Part shown: positions 17,183 through 25,882 of the stretch, one piece after another
How positions within the stretch are numbered: position 1 is the first letter of the stretch
How the letters are laid out: every line of letters starts with the position of its first letter
DNA from: an uncultured Candidatus Saccharibacteria bacterium
Lineage (GTDB): Bacteria > Patescibacteriota > Saccharimonadia > Saccharimonadales > JBBQAJ01
Length of the DNA stretch: 64,000 nucleotides
Reading direction: 5' to 3'
Assembly (NCBI GenBank): GCA_964597925.1
Contig: CAZQZT010000001.1
Location: forward strand, 119,929-183,928
Translations under genes and position numbers: made by a program
The notes under the pieces: model-generated
Database searches by the model: none
Told to the model about the DNA's origin: nothing
What the model saw: the letters and a program-made list of their open reading frames with translations, nothing else

Positions 17183-18316
17183 TTGCCCCTTATAGTTTTT
17201 GGGATTGTTGCTTCGTGGTGGATTCGCCGTAAAAGAATAAGAAAAGCAGAAGCTCGGCAAAAGCAAGCTCAAGCAAACGATCCGACGTGGTCTGACGAAG
17301 CGATTGAGCAGAGGGTTACAGAAGTTTTCCATACTTTTCAAAAAGATTGGAGCGATTTCAATACAGAAAATATGAAGTCCTATTTAACGCCCCGTTACCA
17401 AAATCACATATCACTTATGCTCGTTGCTCTCCATCAAATGGGTAGGCGAAATGAGATGAAAAGTGTCAGTCTAAGTAAGGTTACTCTTTTTGGTGTTGAT
17501 GATAGCGAGCACGATGAACATGACAGATTTAATGTAGAGATTAAGGCTTCGGCAATAGATAATCTTGTAGATTTGAGAACAGGTAAAGTATTGCACGGCA
17601 ACTCATCTTCATTTGAGGAGCTTTGGCACTTTGAAAGAGAAGGCAGAGAATGGGATTTAGATTCAATTACCCAAATAAATAGAGATGATTTGATAGTCAA
17701 ATACGACCCTAAAGTTGACAAAAAGTACCTAGACTTTGCTGAACAAAATGGCTTTTTCTACAATGCTGACTTTGGCTGGTTACTTATGCCTCTTCACGGC
17801 GTTTTATTTAGCGAAGCCAGTTACGGAAGGTCGGATATTAACCATCACGTCATTGGCCTTTACAATAATGTTGTAGTGCAGTTTTTTGAATACATTCCTC
17901 TTATCCAAGAGAAAGCTAAATTAAAAGACCATTTCAGACACTTTTATAAAAAACGTAATTCGCTGGCTAAATACACGATTGCACACGCAACTCTGACAAA
18001 AGAATACAGCAACATCTTAGTAGAAAGGCGTAGCTTTCCCTCGTTCTTTAGTTTTTCACCTAGTGGAATGTTAAAAGTATCTTTGGAGTGGCCTCAATTT
18101 AATAAATTGTTTAATGTATTCGCCACAGATATTGATAAAGTAACCAGTTTAGAACTACTCCACCCTGCGTTTATGGAAAAATTGGCACACGCACCTTATC
18201 GTATTAACCTTGAAATTATTGGAAACGACCTTTATTTATATACAACCGACAAAAAAGCAGATTATCAACAAATGCTGAAAATACTAAAGGAAGCATTTGA
18301 AGAAATGAAAATGTAG
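17183..18316 (+). CDS. Membrane-anchored Tim44-like-domain protein (element cargo)
   Basis: TTG start in the track, TM helix PLIVFGIVASWWI, then WSDEAIEQRVTEVFHTFQKDWSDFNTENMKSYLTPRYQNHISLML, typical of bacterial Tim44-like domains. An in-frame Gly tract lies upstream without a canonical start. Confidence 0.7.
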   Translation: MPLIVFGIVASWWIRRKRIRKAEARQKQAQANDPTWSDEAIEQRVTEVFHTFQKDWSDFNTENMKSYLTPRYQNHISLMLVALHQMGRRNEMKSVSLSKVTLFGVDDSEHDEHDRFNVEIKASAIDNLVDLRTGKVLHGNSSSFEELWHFEREGREWDLDSITQINRDDLIVKYDPKVDKKYLDFAEQNGFFYNADFGWLLMPLHGVLFSEASYGRSDINHHVIGLYNNVVVQFFEYIPLIQEKAKLKDHFRHFYKKRNSLAKYTIAHATLTKEYSNILVERRSFPSFFSFSPSGMLKVSLEWPQFNKLFNVFATDIDKVTSLELLHPAFMEKLAHAPYRINLEIIGNDLYLYTTDKKADYQQMLKILKEAFEEMKM

Positions 18317-18482
18317 ATTTGGCTAATAACTATATAGGTTAGCGTGGTGGGTGGTGTTTTACAGGGCGTTTGAGCTATGATAAGCAAGGAATAGTGACCT
18401 AACCTGCTCTAGTATGCTGTACCAAGCATAAGCCTGATAAAATTCCTTTATAAAAAAACACAAATCTTTATTTATTATTTTG

Positions 18483-18599
18483 ATGGTCATTGTGGTGCTT
18501 TTTATTGGCGGATGGTTTCTCTACTGGCATGTTACTGAACCAAAATGTATTGAATGGACGAATCAAAGCATTAATCGCTGCGTAAAGTGGGAGAAATAG
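18483..18599 (+). CDS. Possible 38-aa TM peptide
   Basis: MVIVVLFIGGWFLYWHVTEPKCIEWTNQSINRCVKWEK; weak promoter evidence only. Confidence 0.25.
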   Translation: MVIVVLFIGGWFLYWHVTEPKCIEWTNQSINRCVKWEK

Positions 18600-18662
18600 T
18601 TAGGAAAATGGTTCTAACTCTGTACCAATTCGGTTTCAAGTAGTAGGAAATAAATTAAGTTT

Positions 18663-18926
18663 TTAGAGATTTTTATAAATTTCTCGTCTATGACCTATCC
18701 TAATTATAATAATTACGAGTACGTCCTTTTGTAGTTGGTAAATTACCCGATAATCACCGTGACGGATCCTAAATAAATCACGAGACCCTTTAAGCTTAGC
18801 GGAACCTTCTGGTGTTGGATCCTCTTTAAGCAGTTCAATTTTTTGGACAATCGTAACCCTGTCATGCTGGGTTAGTTTGCGTAATTCTTTTTTAACACTG
18901 CTTTTATACTCCAACCTAAAAGACAT
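18663..18926 (-). CDS. relE: RelE/ParE-family type II toxin
   Basis: 87 aa, KLKGSRDLFRIRHGDYRVIYQLQKDVLVIIIIRIGHRREIY. Lies 2 nt downstream of the antitoxin gene. Confidence 0.85.
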   Translation of the reverse strand: MSFRLEYKSSVKKELRKLTQHDRVTIVQKIELLKEDPTPEGSAKLKGSRDLFRIRHGDYRVIYQLQKDVLVIIIIRIGHRREIYKNL

Positions 18927-18928
18927 GA

Positions 18929-19150
18929 CTAAAGAAGGCCTTCACTCTTGAATTCGGCCACTAACTCGTCAAATGAATGAGTAGGTTCATTCTCGCGCCT
19001 TTTTGCCTCTTCAATATCTTCTAAATCCTCGAGCATCTGGTACTTAACGGCATCCTCAACGATGGCAGAGATACTCTCATTACTCTCGGCAGCTCTCAAT
19101 TTTAACGCTCTGTATAATTTATCATTTAAAGTTATGGTTGTACGCATCAT
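18929..19150 (-). CDS. Ribbon-helix-helix (CopG-like) antitoxin
   Basis: MMRTTITLNDKLYRALKLRAAESNESISAIVEDAV (RHH N-terminus) with an acidic C-terminal tail. AAGGAG SD upstream. Confidence 0.8.
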   Translation of the reverse strand: MMRTTITLNDKLYRALKLRAAESNESISAIVEDAVKYQMLEDLEDIEEAKRRENEPTHSFDELVAEFKSEGLL

Positions 19151-19205
19151 TTTGCTCCTTGCTTACGATAGTTCAAGTATAGCACAGATACATCAATGCA
19201 TCAAT

Positions 19206-19412
19206 ATGTACCTCCTCCACGTTTGCTTGAGAAAACAAAAAGTTAAAAAACCGGTGACCTTAAAAAGAGTGCTCGTCTACATTTTTTTATGTTTTTTCGC
19301 ATTAATTATTGGCTGGCTAATTTCGGTAATTATTCTGACGTTACCATTAGCAAAAGACGCATTATGCTCACCAGATTTAAATGGTGGCAAGCAAAACGTC
19401 TGCGAAGAGTAG
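19206..19412 (+). CDS. Possible small single-TM protein at the distal end of the element
   Basis: Met49 of track ORF 19062..19412: MYLLHVCLRKQKVKKPVTLKRVLVYIFLCFFALIIGWLISVIILTLPLAKDALCSPDLNGGKQNVCEE. The upstream part of the track ORF is antisense to the antitoxin. Confidence 0.3.
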   Translation: MYLLHVCLRKQKVKKPVTLKRVLVYIFLCFFALIIGWLISVIILTLPLAKDALCSPDLNGGKQNVCEE

Positions 19413-19460
19413 CTAACCTAACTGAGTGGCATAAAGTAAAGTTCTGACTTCCTCAACCAC

Positions 19461-19472
19461 GGTGTACCATTC
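19461..19472 (+). repeat. attR core (GGTGTACCATTC)
   Basis: Exact copy of 10284-10295. Confidence 0.65.
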
Positions 19473-19484
19473 GAGATTAATTAG

Positions 19485-19510
19485 TAGACGTCAGAACGGC
19501 GTCTATTTTT
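19485..19510 (+). terminator. Intrinsic terminator, probably the original tRNA-Arg terminator displaced by the insertion
   Basis: TAGACG TCAGAACGG CGTCTA T5. The stem arms are identical to the hairpin TAGACG-TAAAG-CGTCTA at 10296-10312. Confidence 0.6.
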
Positions 19511-19524
19511 GTTATCATGAAGAT

Positions 19525-20157
19525 ATGAAACTATACCTATCCTCTTATAGACTTGGTAACGACACTGAAGGCTTCAAAAAGTTGGTTAATAAGCCTGGTG
19601 CAAAAGTTGCAGTTATCGACAATGCACTGGATTTTAGTATGGACTTTGACCGAAAGGCACAAAGTCTTCAAAACGAGCTGAAAGACATGGAATCACTAGG
19701 GTTTATTCCTGAGCATGTTGATTTAAGAGAATACTTCAACGATCATGATGGTTTGTTTGAAAAAATGAAACAGTTCGACGTTGTATGGATACGGGGCGGC
19801 AATGCATTTATTTTACTCAAGGCTATGAAACAAAGTGGCTTCGATAAAGTTATCGTAGAGTTGATAAGAAAAAATAAATTAGTCTATGCCGGATATAGCG
19901 CAGCTCTTTGTGTAATTAGCCCGACAATGGACGGAGTAGAACTAGTGGATGACGTTAATGCCGCTGCCGAAGGATACAGCCAGGAAGTCATATGGGATGG
20001 TTATGGCCTTATCGACTTTTACCCAATAGTCCACTACAAATCAGATCACCCTGAATCGAAACTTGTTGATAAAGAATTAGAATATGTGAAATCAAAGAAT
20101 CGAAAGTTCAAAACCTTACGGGATGGCGACACAATCATCATTGAAACCGACGAGTAA
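19525..20157 (+). CDS. Peptidase S51 (dipeptidase E-like) family protein
   Basis: MKLYLSSYRLGN...VVWIRGGNAFILLKAMKQSGF...VYAGYSAALCV. Start at Met22 because an extended -10 TGtTATCAT (hexamer 19513-19518) lies exactly 6 nt upstream. Confidence 0.8.
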   Translation: MKLYLSSYRLGNDTEGFKKLVNKPGAKVAVIDNALDFSMDFDRKAQSLQNELKDMESLGFIPEHVDLREYFNDHDGLFEKMKQFDVVWIRGGNAFILLKAMKQSGFDKVIVELIRKNKLVYAGYSAALCVISPTMDGVELVDDVNAAAEGYSQEVIWDGYGLIDFYPIVHYKSDHPESKLVDKELEYVKSKNRKFKTLRDGDTIIIETDE

Positions 20158-20239
20158 GGTTCTAACTTCGTTAATGATGCTGTACCAATGAAAGAACCAG
20201 TCCTTGTGACTGGTTTTTTCATTGGTATACTTCAATCAT

Positions 20240-20331
20240 GGAGGGGTGGCCGAGTGGTTGAAGGCGCTGCTCTCGAAAAGCAGTATTTCGAGCAATCGGA
20301 ATCGAGAGTTCGAATCTCTCCTCCTCCGCCA
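20240..20331 (+). tRNA. tRNA-Ser (anticodon CGA), CCA encoded
   Basis: GGAGGGGTGGCCGAGTGGTTGAAGGCG CTGCT CTCGAAA AGCAG ...GAGAGTTCGAATCTCTCCTCCTCCGCCA. Confidence 0.95.
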
Positions 20332-20332
20332 G

Positions 20333-21511
20333 TTACTGTACGAGAGTATTATTTGGTTTTGTTGGTTCTTGTTCCTTCTGCTTTGCAATAATCTCTGTGT
20401 CCTTATCGGAGTTTTCAGGGTTTTCTTCATCTGTTGCTGGCGCTTGCTCTTTGGGTTGTTTGGTTTTGGTGAACTGGAGTACGAGCAAAGTTCCAGCGCC
20501 CAGTACTACATAAACTAAGCCAATTGTCAGAATTCGGTTGTTAAATGCCCTACTTAGAGAATGCAGAAAAGCTAGGAGTGGTTCTTTAATATTTGCATCT
20601 GCCTTAAGTAGTGAATCCGACTTTTCCAATTGCTTAAAACCGAAGTTTGATATGAATATTCCTAGCAAAGAAAGCCCGCCTATTGCTAGAGCAGAGATTC
20701 CAAGGCTACGTATTCCCCGGCGCTTGTCATCATAAAGCAGTACTACTAATCCTGCGGAAATAATTGCCAAGATGCCAAAAATCCACGGAGTAATCACCAC
20801 AAAACTAAATACTTCTGGTGCTTTTTCTGCATTTTCGGCAAAATTTTGTACAGCTGTTTTGCCATTTTCATCTTTTGGCAGTGTGTCAGGTGAAATTGTT
20901 GTTTGCTGGAGCAGATTATCTTTTTGCTGGCCTGCTTCGGTTTCTTGTTTGTTTAATTCTGTCTCTATCTGAGCACGCAAGTTCTCTACATTGTAGCCAG
21001 CCGGTACACAGGCTGTAGTTAATGCGTCTATAGACTGCTGAGTCAGCTGGGCAGATTGCTCTGCGGTACAGGCCGGCAATGTTTTGGCACGATTAACTGC
21101 GTAGTCGCCTACGGATGTTATGAATCGCTGCCTTACTGCACTTACGTCAATGTTAAATTCTGGTTGTGGCGTATCTCCCCGCAGCCAGCCGTAAATTCCA
21201 TTTATAATCTCTTCGCTGGTTGTTTGTAAAAATACTGGCGTAAGTGCTTTTTTAGCTGCTTCCTGAACTGCGGGCTGACTAAATGCCGATTCTTCTATAG
21301 AGCCATCCAGTTGACCGGCACTTTCTTTGGTAGCGCTGTCTATAATACTAGCTACCAGATTGTCGTACACCTTGCTGACTTTTAGAGATTCTTTGAGCTG
21401 GCCAGGAGTACTAAAAACCAAAATTACAGATCCAAGCACAACCAAAAGGACTAAACTTATCTTAAATGCCAGCGAAGATATACCGCGCAAAAAGCGCTTC
21501 ATAAACTGCAT
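20333..21511 (-). CDS. Hypothetical membrane protein (N-terminal TM, large ectodomain, C-terminal TM cluster, acidic tail)
   Basis: 392-aa ORF. An extended -10 TGtTAGAAT lies 8 nt upstream of the ATG at 21511. Confidence 0.75.
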   Translation of the reverse strand: MQFMKRFLRGISSLAFKISLVLLVVLGSVILVFSTPGQLKESLKVSKVYDNLVASIIDSATKESAGQLDGSIEESAFSQPAVQEAAKKALTPVFLQTTSEEIINGIYGWLRGDTPQPEFNIDVSAVRQRFITSVGDYAVNRAKTLPACTAEQSAQLTQQSIDALTTACVPAGYNVENLRAQIETELNKQETEAGQQKDNLLQQTTISPDTLPKDENGKTAVQNFAENAEKAPEVFSFVVITPWIFGILAIISAGLVVLLYDDKRRGIRSLGISALAIGGLSLLGIFISNFGFKQLEKSDSLLKADANIKEPLLAFLHSLSRAFNNRILTIGLVYVVLGAGTLLVLQFTKTKQPKEQAPATDEENPENSDKDTEIIAKQKEQEPTKPNNTLVQ

Positions 21512-21534
21512 ATGGTTTTATTCTAACACTATGC

Positions 21535-21723
21535 CTAAGGCTCGCCACTAATGTCGTCGCACGAATGTACGGTGGGTGGTATGCTGGCATTCAGACTTTG
21601 CCAGGCGACTACTCGACAGTCTTCGATTGTACCCGTATTTGGGTTCATTCCGGCAACTATGACAGTTGCCTCCTTGGCTTCGCGTCCAAAAGCTTGCGTA
21701 AATACCTGTTCACCCAATTCCAT
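21535..21723 (-). CDS. Possible small hypothetical protein
   Basis: The only ORF with protein-like composition in the 279-bp gap. No motif, and the start is ambiguous (GTG 21747 or ATG 21723). Confidence 0.3.
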   Translation of the reverse strand: MELGEQVFTQAFGREAKEATVIVAGMNPNTGTIEDCRVVAWQSLNASIPPTVHSCDDISGEP

Positions 21724-21790
21724 ATGGCTAATATGCCTCCATGTCACTTAGAACCGAAGCATAAGAAATACAACGCGGTACAATGTAACT

Positions 21791-22186
21791 ATGCAAGACT
21801 CAATATTTACTAAATTAGCTAAAGGTGAAATTCCTTGTGAAAAAATTTATGAAGACGACACTGTCATGGCGTTTTTGGATATACACCCCATTACTCCAGG
21901 CCACACGCTCGTGATTCCAAAGCAACAGGTTGCCCACTTCGAGGAATTAAATGATACTACCTACACTTCCCTGTTCAGTGCTGTAAAAAAGGTAGCAAAA
22001 CGAATCAAATCTGTGACTGGCGCAGAGCGAGTTTGCATACGCGTAGAAGGTTTTGACGTGCCTCATACGCACGTGCACGTGTACCCGTGTAACACCCCAG
22101 AGGATTTTTATGGCGAGCCTGGTCGTTTAAGTAAAGAGCCTGACCACCCCGCCCTAGCAGAAATGGCTAAAAAATTAGTGTTCTAG
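21791..22186 (+). CDS. HIT-family (histidine triad) nucleotide hydrolase
   Basis: GHTLVIPK...VPHTHVHVYP (HxHxHxx). TACAAT lies 6 nt upstream of the ATG. Confidence 0.9.
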   Translation: MQDSIFTKLAKGEIPCEKIYEDDTVMAFLDIHPITPGHTLVIPKQQVAHFEELNDTTYTSLFSAVKKVAKRIKSVTGAERVCIRVEGFDVPHTHVHVYPCNTPEDFYGEPGRLSKEPDHPALAEMAKKLVF

Positions 22187-22198
22187 TAAACTGAGTCT

Positions 22199-22372
22199 AT
22201 GTTTTCAAATCTCACTATTGGGCTACTCATGGGTGTTGGTTTTGGGGCTTGGGTATATAGCAAAATATATCGCTCTAGCGGCGGAAACAATAAAAACGCC
22301 CTAATTGTTGCTGGTTTTGTTGGTCTGGGCGCGCTAATAGTTGTCACTACAATTCTAAGTGTAGTTTTATAG
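22199..22372 (+). CDS. Possible 57-aa two-TM protein
   Basis: MFSNLTIGLLMGVGFGAWVYSKIYRSSGGNNKNALIVAGFVGLGALIVVTTILSVVL. Below the track cutoff; the opposite-strand track ORFs here look spurious. Confidence 0.45.
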   Translation: MFSNLTIGLLMGVGFGAWVYSKIYRSSGGNNKNALIVAGFVGLGALIVVTTILSVVL

Positions 22373-22448
22373 TACAACCCTATAACTAGCCATTTGATAC
22401 TAGTTTTTGCTTGGTTTTTATCTGTAAAACTAGTACTATAGTCCCTAT

Positions 22449-23303
22449 ATGGACGAGGTGGGTCTTGGTAAACAGCTGCAGTCTGCTCGTAAAAAAGCAG
22501 GTCTGACACAACAAGATCTTTGCTACAAAGCAAAGCTTTCTTACTCTACCCTTGCCAAAATAGAGCGCGGGGCTATAAAAGCACCGTCTATATTCACTAT
22601 TCAAGCAATTGCCGGGGCACTTGGTGTTTCTTTGAATGAACTTATGGGCAGTATCGCCCCCGCTACAGTTGTTAGCACAAAATACCGCTCTAAAAGCGGA
22701 ATTAAATTCATATATTTTGACATCAACGGCTGTTTGGTAAGTTTTTTTCATCGTGCATTCACCGAACTTGCTGCTGATACTGGTGCCTCAGCAGATGTTA
22801 TTGAGACGACTTTTTGGCACTACAACGATGCTGTATGCCGAGGCGAAATGCCGTTAAATGATTTTAATCAAGCTATGGCCAAACAGCTCAGGATGAGCAA
22901 GTTGGATTGGCAAAAATATTACATGGCGGCAGTGGAACCAATACAAGAAATGAACGAACTTGTGCTTTGGACTTCGGAATATTACCACGTAGGACTTTTG
23001 AGCAACATTATGCCTGGTTTTATAGACGAAATGCTTTCGAATAAACTTCTTCCAAATGTTAACTATTCGGCAATTATCGATTCTTCCAAAACGGGTAGTA
23101 TCAAACCAGAGCCCCAGATTTTTGAAGCCGCACAACACTATACCAACTGTGAACCAAGTGAAATTTTATTGGTGGACGACTCGCGCGCCAATATCATGGC
23201 TGCCGAAAAATTCGGTTGGCATGTGCTGTGGTTTGACGACTACCGCCCAGGAGAATCAGCTGCTCGCATCAAAGATGCCCTAGAACTTGATACTACTATT
23301 TAA
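22449..23303 (+). CDS. XRE-type HTH domain fused to a HAD-superfamily hydrolase domain
   Basis: N-terminus LGKQLQSARKKAGLTQQDLCYKAKLSYSTLAKIERG. HAD motifs FIYFDINGCLV (motif I), GLLSNIMPG, SIKPEPQIF and LLVDDSRANIMAAEKFGW. Confidence 0.85.
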   Translation: MDEVGLGKQLQSARKKAGLTQQDLCYKAKLSYSTLAKIERGAIKAPSIFTIQAIAGALGVSLNELMGSIAPATVVSTKYRSKSGIKFIYFDINGCLVSFFHRAFTELAADTGASADVIETTFWHYNDAVCRGEMPLNDFNQAMAKQLRMSKLDWQKYYMAAVEPIQEMNELVLWTSEYYHVGLLSNIMPGFIDEMLSNKLLPNVNYSAIIDSSKTGSIKPEPQIFEAAQHYTNCEPSEILLVDDSRANIMAAEKFGWHVLWFDDYRPGESAARIKDALELDTTI

Positions 23304-25875
23304 ATCTATTGTATTCTTGCTGTTGCTTGACTAGAAGTTCCTGAGCATCTTCTAGTTGTTGTTTGGTTTGTTTGACTAGGTCTTTCGGTGCTTTGTCTGT
23401 ATAAGCTTTGTTTTTAAGGCGCGCCTCTAGGTTAGTAATGGTTTTTTTGGTTTCAGTCAATTTGTCGGAAAGCTGTTTCGTAAAGCGCTCAATTGTGGCT
23501 TGGTCCAGGTCCAGCCAGCAGGAGTGGTCAGTTTGCGTCAAATGCAAACCATTGCCATCTCGCAATTCGGTTATTTCTGAGACACCTGACAGTTTTTTGA
23601 TGAGCTTTGCATGCTGGGTGATAAACGCGTCCCCTGAATGGTACAAACACGGCTTGCTAGCCCCCACAGCGGCCGTTATAAGCCGTATTTCGGTCACAAC
23701 CTCCATGATGTCCTCAAAAACTGCAGCAGCCTTTTTATTGGCACTAGGAGCCTTTGGCCAACTACTTGAGGCGAGCATACTATCTCCCTCCTCTTTTGCC
23801 ATTTCATCGGTAGGTACATTCCATTTAAGGGTTTGCCAAATAGTTTCGGTAACAAATGGCGCAAACGGATGCGCTAGTTTTAGTATTGTTTCCAGACTGA
23901 AGGCTAGCACGCCTTTGTTTAACGCTGTTTTACTAGCTTCTATATACCAGTCCGCAAAATCATCCCACAACAGATGGTATATGTTGTCATAGGCCTCGGC
24001 AAAACGAGTTTCTTCCAGTAAAGAAGTAACCTGTTTTACAGACTGCTGCAGCTTGCTCAACATCCAAGCATCTGCTGGCGTTTCGGCTTTGAGGCTCGCT
24101 TTGCTTGCAAAATTGTCGTCAATTTTGTCTTCTACATAGCGGGCTACGTTCCATAATTTGTTACAAAAATTACGAGCGGCCACTAGCTTGGCTTCATCAT
24201 ACGACTGATTGTTACCCGCACTCTGGCCGGCAATAATTCCCATTCGAAAAGCATCTGAACCATACTGGTCAATCTTATCCATTGGGTCAACAACGTTGCC
24301 TTTACTTTTGCTCATTTTGGCACCGTGTTCATCTAATACTAGGCCATGCAAGTAGACCTCTTCAAACGGAATCATGTCGGTTACATAGAGCCCGAACATA
24401 ATCATTCGGCTTACCCAGGGGTAAAGTATATCGGCGCCGGTCTCCATGACATTTAGTGGATAGAAATCTTTAGCGTCGGCGCTGTCTGGATAACCCAGCG
24501 TGGCATAGGGCCAGCTAGAACTGCTAAACCATGTATCAAAAACATCTGGATCGCGGCGGTAGGTTTTGCCGTCTTTTTGCAAAATCTCTTCACTAACACC
24601 AGTATCAAAAATCCAGTCGTCACGGTCATCTACATTTTGAAATGCTGGTATGGGTATACCCCAGGCAATTTGCCTACTTATATTCCAGTCGCGTAGGTCT
24701 TTTAGATAGGTGACCAATTGTTTCTTTTTAGTCTCTGGCCGGAATAGTATCTTGCCTGTTTCTAGAGCCTCAATTGCTCTTTTTGCAAGAGGCTTCATAT
24801 TTATGAACCACTGCTCCATGAGCATTGGTTCAATAATCGAGCCACATTTATAGCATTTGCCCATGCGGTTTTTGTAGTGTTCGTCCACTTTTACCAACAA
24901 ATCTTTTTCTTTGAGTGCTTCAACCACTGCCTTGCGGGCCTCTAACACTGTCATGCCCTCAAAACGACCGGCTTTATGATTCATAGTGCCATCGTGGTTT
25001 ATTACCCGCACCGCTGATAAATTATGCCTCTGAGCCACCTCCCAGTCGTCAAAACTATGGGCTGGAGTTATTTTCACCGCCCCTGTTCCAAAGTCAGGAT
25101 CAACAAAATCATCGGCAATAACTTGCACGTCAAATGGACCATTTACGCCCTCAACCGTTACTATTTTTCCAACCCACTCTAGGTAGCGCTTGTCGTCTGG
25201 ATGTACCGCCACAGCTGTGTCACCAAACTTTGTTTCCGGGCGAGTTGTAGCCAATGTAAAAGGCCCATATTTCATGTAATACAATGGTGTTACGGCGTCT
25301 TCATAGGTTACTTCTATATCGGCAAATCCAGTGCGGTGATACGTGCAGTAATTGACCAAGCGCTCACCTCTGTAGATAAGCTTTTCGTCCCACATCTTTT
25401 TAAACGTGGCGTATGCCTGGGCGACGATTTTTTCATCCAACGTGTAGCTGTAATGTGTCCAGTCTAAACTGGCTCCAAGTCGGCGAAACTGAGACTCGTA
25501 ATTGTCTCTGTTTTGAGCTACAAAATCCCAAATATTGCTGTACAGCTCTTCCCTGCTCAGATCAAAACGGCTTTTGCCCTGTTTAGCCAGCTCTTTTTCA
25601 TACACTACTTGGGTTTCAAAGCCGGCGTGGTCAGCTCCTGGCAAAAATAGTGTTTTGTCACCTTTCATACGATGATAACGGATCAAAATATCTTCTATTC
25701 CCAGCGTAAGTCCATGTCCTAGGTGTAAATTACCGTTAGCGTTGGGCGGCGGGATTACAATGCTATAAGTGTTCCCTGTTCCGCGGTCTTTGGGTACAAA
25801 GGCTTGACTGCGCTCCCAGAGAGCGTAAATATCGTCTTCATATTCTTTTGGTTCATAAACCTTCGGTAACTGCAT
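23296..25875 (-). CDS. valS: Valine--tRNA ligase
   Basis: HIGH (PPPNANGNLHLGHGL) and KMSKSKGN motifs with a C-terminal coiled coil. Start at Met15 (25875), supported by the promoter TTGTCA-17-TATACT-7-ATG. Confidence 0.97.
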   Translation of the reverse strand: MQLPKVYEPKEYEDDIYALWERSQAFVPKDRGTGNTYSIVIPPPNANGNLHLGHGLTLGIEDILIRYHRMKGDKTLFLPGADHAGFETQVVYEKELAKQGKSRFDLSREELYSNIWDFVAQNRDNYESQFRRLGASLDWTHYSYTLDEKIVAQAYATFKKMWDEKLIYRGERLVNYCTYHRTGFADIEVTYEDAVTPLYYMKYGPFTLATTRPETKFGDTAVAVHPDDKRYLEWVGKIVTVEGVNGPFDVQVIADDFVDPDFGTGAVKITPAHSFDDWEVAQRHNLSAVRVINHDGTMNHKAGRFEGMTVLEARKAVVEALKEKDLLVKVDEHYKNRMGKCYKCGSIIEPMLMEQWFINMKPLAKRAIEALETGKILFRPETKKKQLVTYLKDLRDWNISRQIAWGIPIPAFQNVDDRDDWIFDTGVSEEILQKDGKTYRRDPDVFDTWFSSSSWPYATLGYPDSADAKDFYPLNVMETGADILYPWVSRMIMFGLYVTDMIPFEEVYLHGLVLDEHGAKMSKSKGNVVDPMDKIDQYGSDAFRMGIIAGQSAGNNQSYDEAKLVAARNFCNKLWNVARYVEDKIDDNFASKASLKAETPADAWMLSKLQQSVKQVTSLLEETRFAEAYDNIYHLLWDDFADWYIEASKTALNKGVLAFSLETILKLAHPFAPFVTETIWQTLKWNVPTDEMAKEEGDSMLASSSWPKAPSANKKAAAVFEDIMEVVTEIRLITAAVGASKPCLYHSGDAFITQHAKLIKKLSGVSEITELRDGNGLHLTQTDHSCWLDLDQATIERFTKQLSDKLTETKKTITNLEARLKNKAYTDKAPKDLVKQTKQQLEDAQELLVKQQQEYNRFK

Positions 25876-25882
25876 GTCTAGC

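Larger units (their letters stand above)
10284..19472. mobile_element. Integrated element (~9.2 kb) at the tRNA-Arg 3' end, bounded by a 12-bp direct repeat; integrative plasmid-like, with no virion genes recognised
   Basis: GGTGTACCATTC occurs at 10284-10295 and 19461-19472. A large serine recombinase abuts the left repeat. A hairpin+T5 (the likely original tRNA terminator) and housekeeping genes follow the right repeat. Contents are listed as separate features. Confidence 0.7.

Noticed and set aside
19062-19205. The N-terminal 48 codons of track ORF 19062..19412
   Set aside because: This part is antisense to the RHH antitoxin gene. Only the portion from Met49 onward lies in otherwise unassigned sequence and contains a TM helix.
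22183-22751. Minus-strand ORFs 22183..22533 and 22386..22751
   Set aside because: They overlap the HTH-HAD gene start and a plausible plus-strand two-TM peptide gene. Their composition is unprotein-like, with no promoter or SD.
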